From Tubulanus polymorphus (taxonomy: Eukaryota > Animalia > Nemertea): a DNA stretch of 64,000 nt. This document shows, piece after piece, positions 59,370-64,000 of this stretch. Position numbers and translations under genes: made by a program. The stretch covers positions 8,898,485-8,962,484 of the forward strand of contig NC_134027.1 in NCBI RefSeq assembly GCF_964204645.1. The letters run 5' to 3'. The number at the start of each line of letters is the position of its first letter. Positions within the stretch are counted from its first letter, which is position 1. Under the pieces are notes generated by a model, which saw only the letters and a program-made list of their open reading frames with translations, was not told the origin of the DNA and ran no database searches.

Positions 59370-60572
59370 GCAACAAACTCAATTTTTTTTTCATTTTTCG
59401 TAAATGATTTTATGTCAAGATGATAGGCTTGTTCACGTGACGAAATTTAGACCAGTCTAGATTTGGTCCAGTCCAATTTAGCAGTACGCGGCACAGATAT
59501 CACTTTTTGAAGATAGATAAATATCCATAGTAGTTAGTTATCCTATTATTTTCACAAAGAGGGAACACATTTTCTGAAATAAACTGTTCAATTTATAGGT
59601 GGAACAACTGTACGATTTATAAGGGGAACAATTATGACACGTATTGACTAAGACAGAGTGACAGTTGTTCTATCATACATCCAGCAACTTTCATATTTCT
59701 GAATAGATTCTATTGGCATCAGTATATTTCAAGCTGAGACTTCTTGTTTTCTCAACAGAATAAAAGGCCCTGTGAACTAATCATACTTATATCAGGAAAT
59801 ATTTTTAAACCTGATCTAGTTTTACCTCGAGTTCTTCCCACTACTTTTGAGTGAGTAGTTCACTTATAGAGCGCATTTATACATCTTAGTTACGAATCTA
59901 AGAATAAAGTTGCAAAGCTGATAACGGGTTTCTGCCTTGCTGGATTAAATTTCGTACTTAGAGGCGTACAAAGGTTTAATCAATATCAGTTCAAAAGAAA
60001 GAACGGCTCTTTCAAGGAGCGCCACCTAAGGGTCAACTCACATACTGGAAGCGCAATTATACATCTTAGTTATGGATCTAAGATTATTTTTGTGATGAGA
60101 ATTATTTAAGATCTTAGTGATTTATTTGTATGAAGTGTGTCAATTTTTTTAAATTAACTTCGTTTTAATGTTATTGCGTATGTTGTTATGATTGTAAATA
60201 CTGTTTTCCCTCCATATGGTTGGAGTGTAGTTAATATTCGTATTCATTGATCACAATGCAATCAAATAAATATTTATTGCTTCCAAGTTAACGAGCTAGC
60301 TTTTGGACCAATGAGACTTACGTGTGAAATATGTTCCTTAAGAAAAATACGATTCCAATAAAACCATCAGGATCCTTAAGATCTACAAATGCTGTATTTT
60401 AATGAATCACCATTATGAAAGTGCCGTTGAGCCGCAAATTTTTTTCGTAAAGATTTATCGCTCTGGCGTTGAAGAAAAAATCCGCCTTGGATTGAAAATA
60501 TTCAGATTTGTACAGTTCATAAAATCCACTTGTCCACAAGCCCGCGCTGGTATCTATGGTTCAAAGCGCTAA

Positions 60573-61158
60573 AGGGACATGCCAGTTGCTAGTTGCTAGT
60601 TGCAAATTGCCAATTGCTAGTTGCCAAATGCTTGTTGTCAATCCATCCACTAGCGCCACCTCAATACATGTAGGTATATACAGGTGCGAGCATCAGTCGG
60701 CTTCAGTACGTCACGACCAAGTGCGCAGGTACATGCGCAGCTTTGCCACACGAAAACTTGCAGGACCAATCAGATTGCTCGTTGTATAGTCGCTGGGGTA
60801 AATTTCACAGAAGAACTGTAAATGGGAAAACCCAGGCTAGAATGAAACGGGATTTCTGATTGGCTAATAATGACATCATCTAAGCTGCGCGTGTATGTGG
60901 GCACCTTGTCTACCTTATCTAGTGTTGCAGGGTTTCGTACCATGGCAATCTCTATGCCATCAGGTTCGAATCCCTACCGGGGGAAGATGGTTTTATACTG
61001 GGTATCATCTTTTGATAATCATGCAGTAAATAACAGAAATATACGGCCAGGTGGCGCTAGCAGATGAACAAGCAATTATCAATAAGCAAACTAGCAATAA
61101 CTAAACTAGCGATAACTAGAGCATATAGCAATTAGCAACTAGCTACTGGCATGTCCCT
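60573..61158. mobile_element. TTAA-type (Kolobok-like) non-autonomous DNA transposon
   Basis: TIR AGGGACATGCCAGT.GCTAGTTGCTA...TAGCAACTAGC.ACTGGCATGTCCCT with TAA flanks, 7-bp subterminal repeats and an inner inverted CTAGCGCCACC pair. Confidence 0.7.
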
Positions 61159-62015
61159 TAAACACTTCCATATGAAACAGAAGACAAATTAATTCAATAC
61201 GGATTTTATCGCTTCCAAGTTGTTCTAGGACGTGGAACCATTAATGCAGAAAACAAGTTATCGCTAGTTGTTCAAAATCGCGGAATCATTAAAACAGAAA
61301 ACCCGTTATCGCCGCTTTGCAACTATATTTCTCGTTCCTATGTATGAAAATTACAATATAGTCAAAACGTAGAATAACCTGCGCAAATCCGAGATTACAT
61401 TTTCAGACTAAATGTTATTTTTTTCGTCATCATTGTGGGATTCTCTACGTGTTTTATTTAACATGGTTAGTTTTATTTCACTTAATGACAGTTAGATTAT
61501 TTTGCTATTTTTCACGATCATATCAGTTTATATGATAGTTATTTCATCCTCCGTAGTTTAAGTTTTTGAAATTTTATCAGTGCTTCAATTTGTCAGTTTA
61601 TATGATGTAGCTCTTTGACGTTTGATCGATGCATTATTCCAAACTCTAATTAGTTCCTTATTTTTGACATCATTAATTGGTACAGGTTGCGAACCCATTC
61701 GGGGTGTAATCTTAAAGCGGGCCGCACACTAGCCTCAAAGCCGCCACAACAACCGCGACAATTTTTCAGCAACATTGACGCCGAAAACTGTTCACGCACA
61801 CTACCAACAACCACGCAGCTTCAACCGCTGCATCTCACTATTGTAGGTCAAGTGGCCGATGATTAATCAATGAACGCGATGTATGCCCAGTTAAACTAAA
61901 TCCGGCGGACACTCAGGCGAACTTGTCGCCTTGCATCAAAAATATCAAGCATGTTAGATATCGGCGTCGAAGCCGTGAGCGGCAAAAACGCTTTGGAATT
62001 GCCCCCGCACACTAG

Positions 62016-62955
62016 GTTAAAAGTTCACTCTTTGGTAACCGAACCAGCAGGGCCATGAACCAAACGTTGACTCTTAGGTCACAAAACCAGGGCTGTGGAC
62101 CAAAAGTTCACTCTTTGGTAACCAAACCGGTGCGGTGAACCAAACATTGACTCTTTGGTCACCAAACCAAGGCTGTGCATCAAAGGTTGACTCAGGTCAC
62201 CAAACCAGTGCGGCGGACCAAACATTGACTCTTTGGTCACCAAACCAAGGCTGTGCATCAAAGGTTGACTCAGGTCACCAAACCAGTGCGGCGAACCAAA
62301 CATTGACTCTTTGGTCACCAAACCAAGGCTGTGCATCAAAGGTTGACTCAGGTCACCAAACCAGTGCGGCGAACCAAACGTTGACTCTTTGGTCACCAAA
62401 CCAAGGCTGTGCATCAAAGGTTGACTCAGGTCACCAAACCAGTGCAGTGGACCAAACATTGACTCTTTGGTCACCAAACCAAGGCTGTGCATCAAAGGTT
62501 GACTCAGGTCACCAAACCAGTGCGGTGAACCAAACATTGACTCTTTGGTCACCAAACCAAGGCTGTGTGTCAAAGGTTGACTCAGGTCACCAAACCAGTG
62601 CGGTGAACCAAATATTGACTCTTTGGTCACCAAACCAAGGCTGTGCATCAAAGGTTAACTCAGGTCACCAAACCAGGGCCGTGAACCAAACATTGAATCT
62701 TAGGTCACCAAACCAGGGCTGTGAACCAAAGTTTGACTCCTTGGTTACCAAACCAGTGCAAGAACCAAACAATGAATCTTAGGTCACCAAACAAGGGCAG
62801 TGAACCAAACTTTGACTCTTTGGTCACCAAACCAGGGCTGTGAACCAAAGTTTTACTGCTTGGTTACCAAACCAGGCTGTGAACCAAACTTTGAAACTTT
62901 GGTCACCAATCCAGGGCCGTTAACCAAACTTTGACTCTTTATTGTCACTAAACAG
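62016..62955. repeat. Satellite array: 40-bp monomers flanking a homogeneous core of 78-bp (40+38) dimers
   Basis: Unit AACCAAACATTGACTCTTTGGTCACCAAACCAAGGCTGTG + CATCAAAGGTTGACTCAGGTCACCAAACCAGTGCGG(C/T)G occurs about 7 times (62138-62680). A detached monomer lies at ~63196-63247. Confidence 0.95.
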
Positions 62956-63931
62956 GGTCCGATCTAAGGAATAAAAACCATTTGCCCGGCAAGCATAAGC
63001 ATATCTGAAATTTTACTTGCCCCCCTCCAAAATCTATTTGCCCTACACGCAGTCCAACTGTTGTATCAATTGGGAAAAAGCTTTGGGACAAAGAAATACA
63101 CTAGCCCGGAGGACAAGTGATAATGATAACCTACTTGCCCTTATGATAATATACTTGTCCCGGCCAATCAGACAAGTGCTTAGATTGGACCCTGCTAAAC
63201 CAGGGCCGTGAACCAAACTTTGACTCTTTGGTCACCAAACCAGGGTCATGAATGAAATGTCTTAAGCTATAAAAGTCTATGAGAACACAATTTATTTCTG
63301 TTGTCTTCACGAATCTATTTGAGAATGAACTGATTAACGTGGACCTAATGACGTTGTTAATGTAAAAATCATCCGTATACAATATTGTATAACAAGTGCT
63401 GCTGCTACTGGTTTTATTGGCAGCTGTGAGGGATTCTCTAAATCACCAAACGTGTTATTGCTGCTTATCTCTACAAGACATATAAATATGACGTATGAAT
63501 TCGAATATGATCCCAGTTGGAACTGACAAAAAGACAAATGATAAAATGAGAAAAGCCAATAAGAAAAAGCCATATGAAAAGAAAATATGAAGCAGTATGA
63601 AACAGTATAAAATGCTGATATAAAGAGTGGGGTCCGAGAGCAATTCGAAGGTTTAGTGTCCTGCACGCTTAGAGGGCGGGCAGGGGTCTATCCTACCTCG
63701 ACTCAAAAAAAAAATTCTGTGTGCTGAAACTAAAAAGAATGAAAAAGGAAAAATGGCTAATGAAGAAATATGGCTGTAGTCTTATTGCTGGGTTCAAGTG
63801 ATACTTAAAAAGACAATGAAACCGATTGTTTATTATCTATTTTTTAACATATAGACATAGGCAGTTTATAAACATTGATTGAATAATCTTATGAAAAGGA
63901 TTCCATTAAACAACTTGCTCATATAAAGCCT

Positions 63932-63967
63932 CTAGTAGTAGTAGTGGTAGTAGTAGTAGTAGTAGTA
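63932..63967. repeat. (TAG)n microsatellite
   Basis: About 12 TAG units with one interruption. Confidence 0.9.
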
Positions 63968-64000
63968 GGGTGATAGAAATGTCTTATCTGACTATCAACT

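Noticed and set aside
62079-62782. 215-aa (+) and 190-aa (-) repeat ORFs
   Set aside because: They are by-products of a 78-bp (26-codon) satellite unit, with no domain similarity or gene structure.
62016-62955. CRISPR-like regular repeat array
   Set aside because: The sequences between the conserved GGTCACCAAACC words are themselves repeated, so there are no unique spacers. No cas genes are present and the context is eukaryotic.

Overview
Intron-rich eukaryotic DNA from a bilaterian invertebrate; the species cannot be fixed from sequence alone. Four spliced protein-coding genes are supported. (1) The 3' part of a CHD7/8/kismet-type chromatin remodeller (+, <1-22464) with a ~2 kb 3' UTR. (2) An IL-17-receptor-like SEFIR membrane protein with a tandemly duplicated Cys-rich Ig/FnIII-like ectodomain (+, ~31350-39521; 5' end unresolved). 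(3) TBC1D31/WDR67 (-, 43312-52409). (4) Derlin-1 (+, 52870-55222), head-to-head with TBC1D31 across 460 bp. Introns and intergenic DNA hold many non-autonomous DNA transposons (often nested), a Helentron/HINE-like element, SINE-like fragments, a G-rich tract and a 40/78-bp satellite. The most notable non-obvious signals are a minimal Penelope-type hammerhead ribozyme (25796-25837, -), a candidate 30-nt GC-donor microexon in the CHD gene followed by a cluster of RBFOX-type GCATG motifs, a U12-type intron before a 27-nt Derlin-1 exon, an exact DSGIHS beta-TrCP degron in the SEFIR receptor, a dead copy of one receptor exon between ~320-bp direct repeats, and a candidate alternative terminal exon in TBC1D31. 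No prokaryote-style system (CRISPR, operon) is present. Exon coordinates were read by eye and may be off by a few bases.
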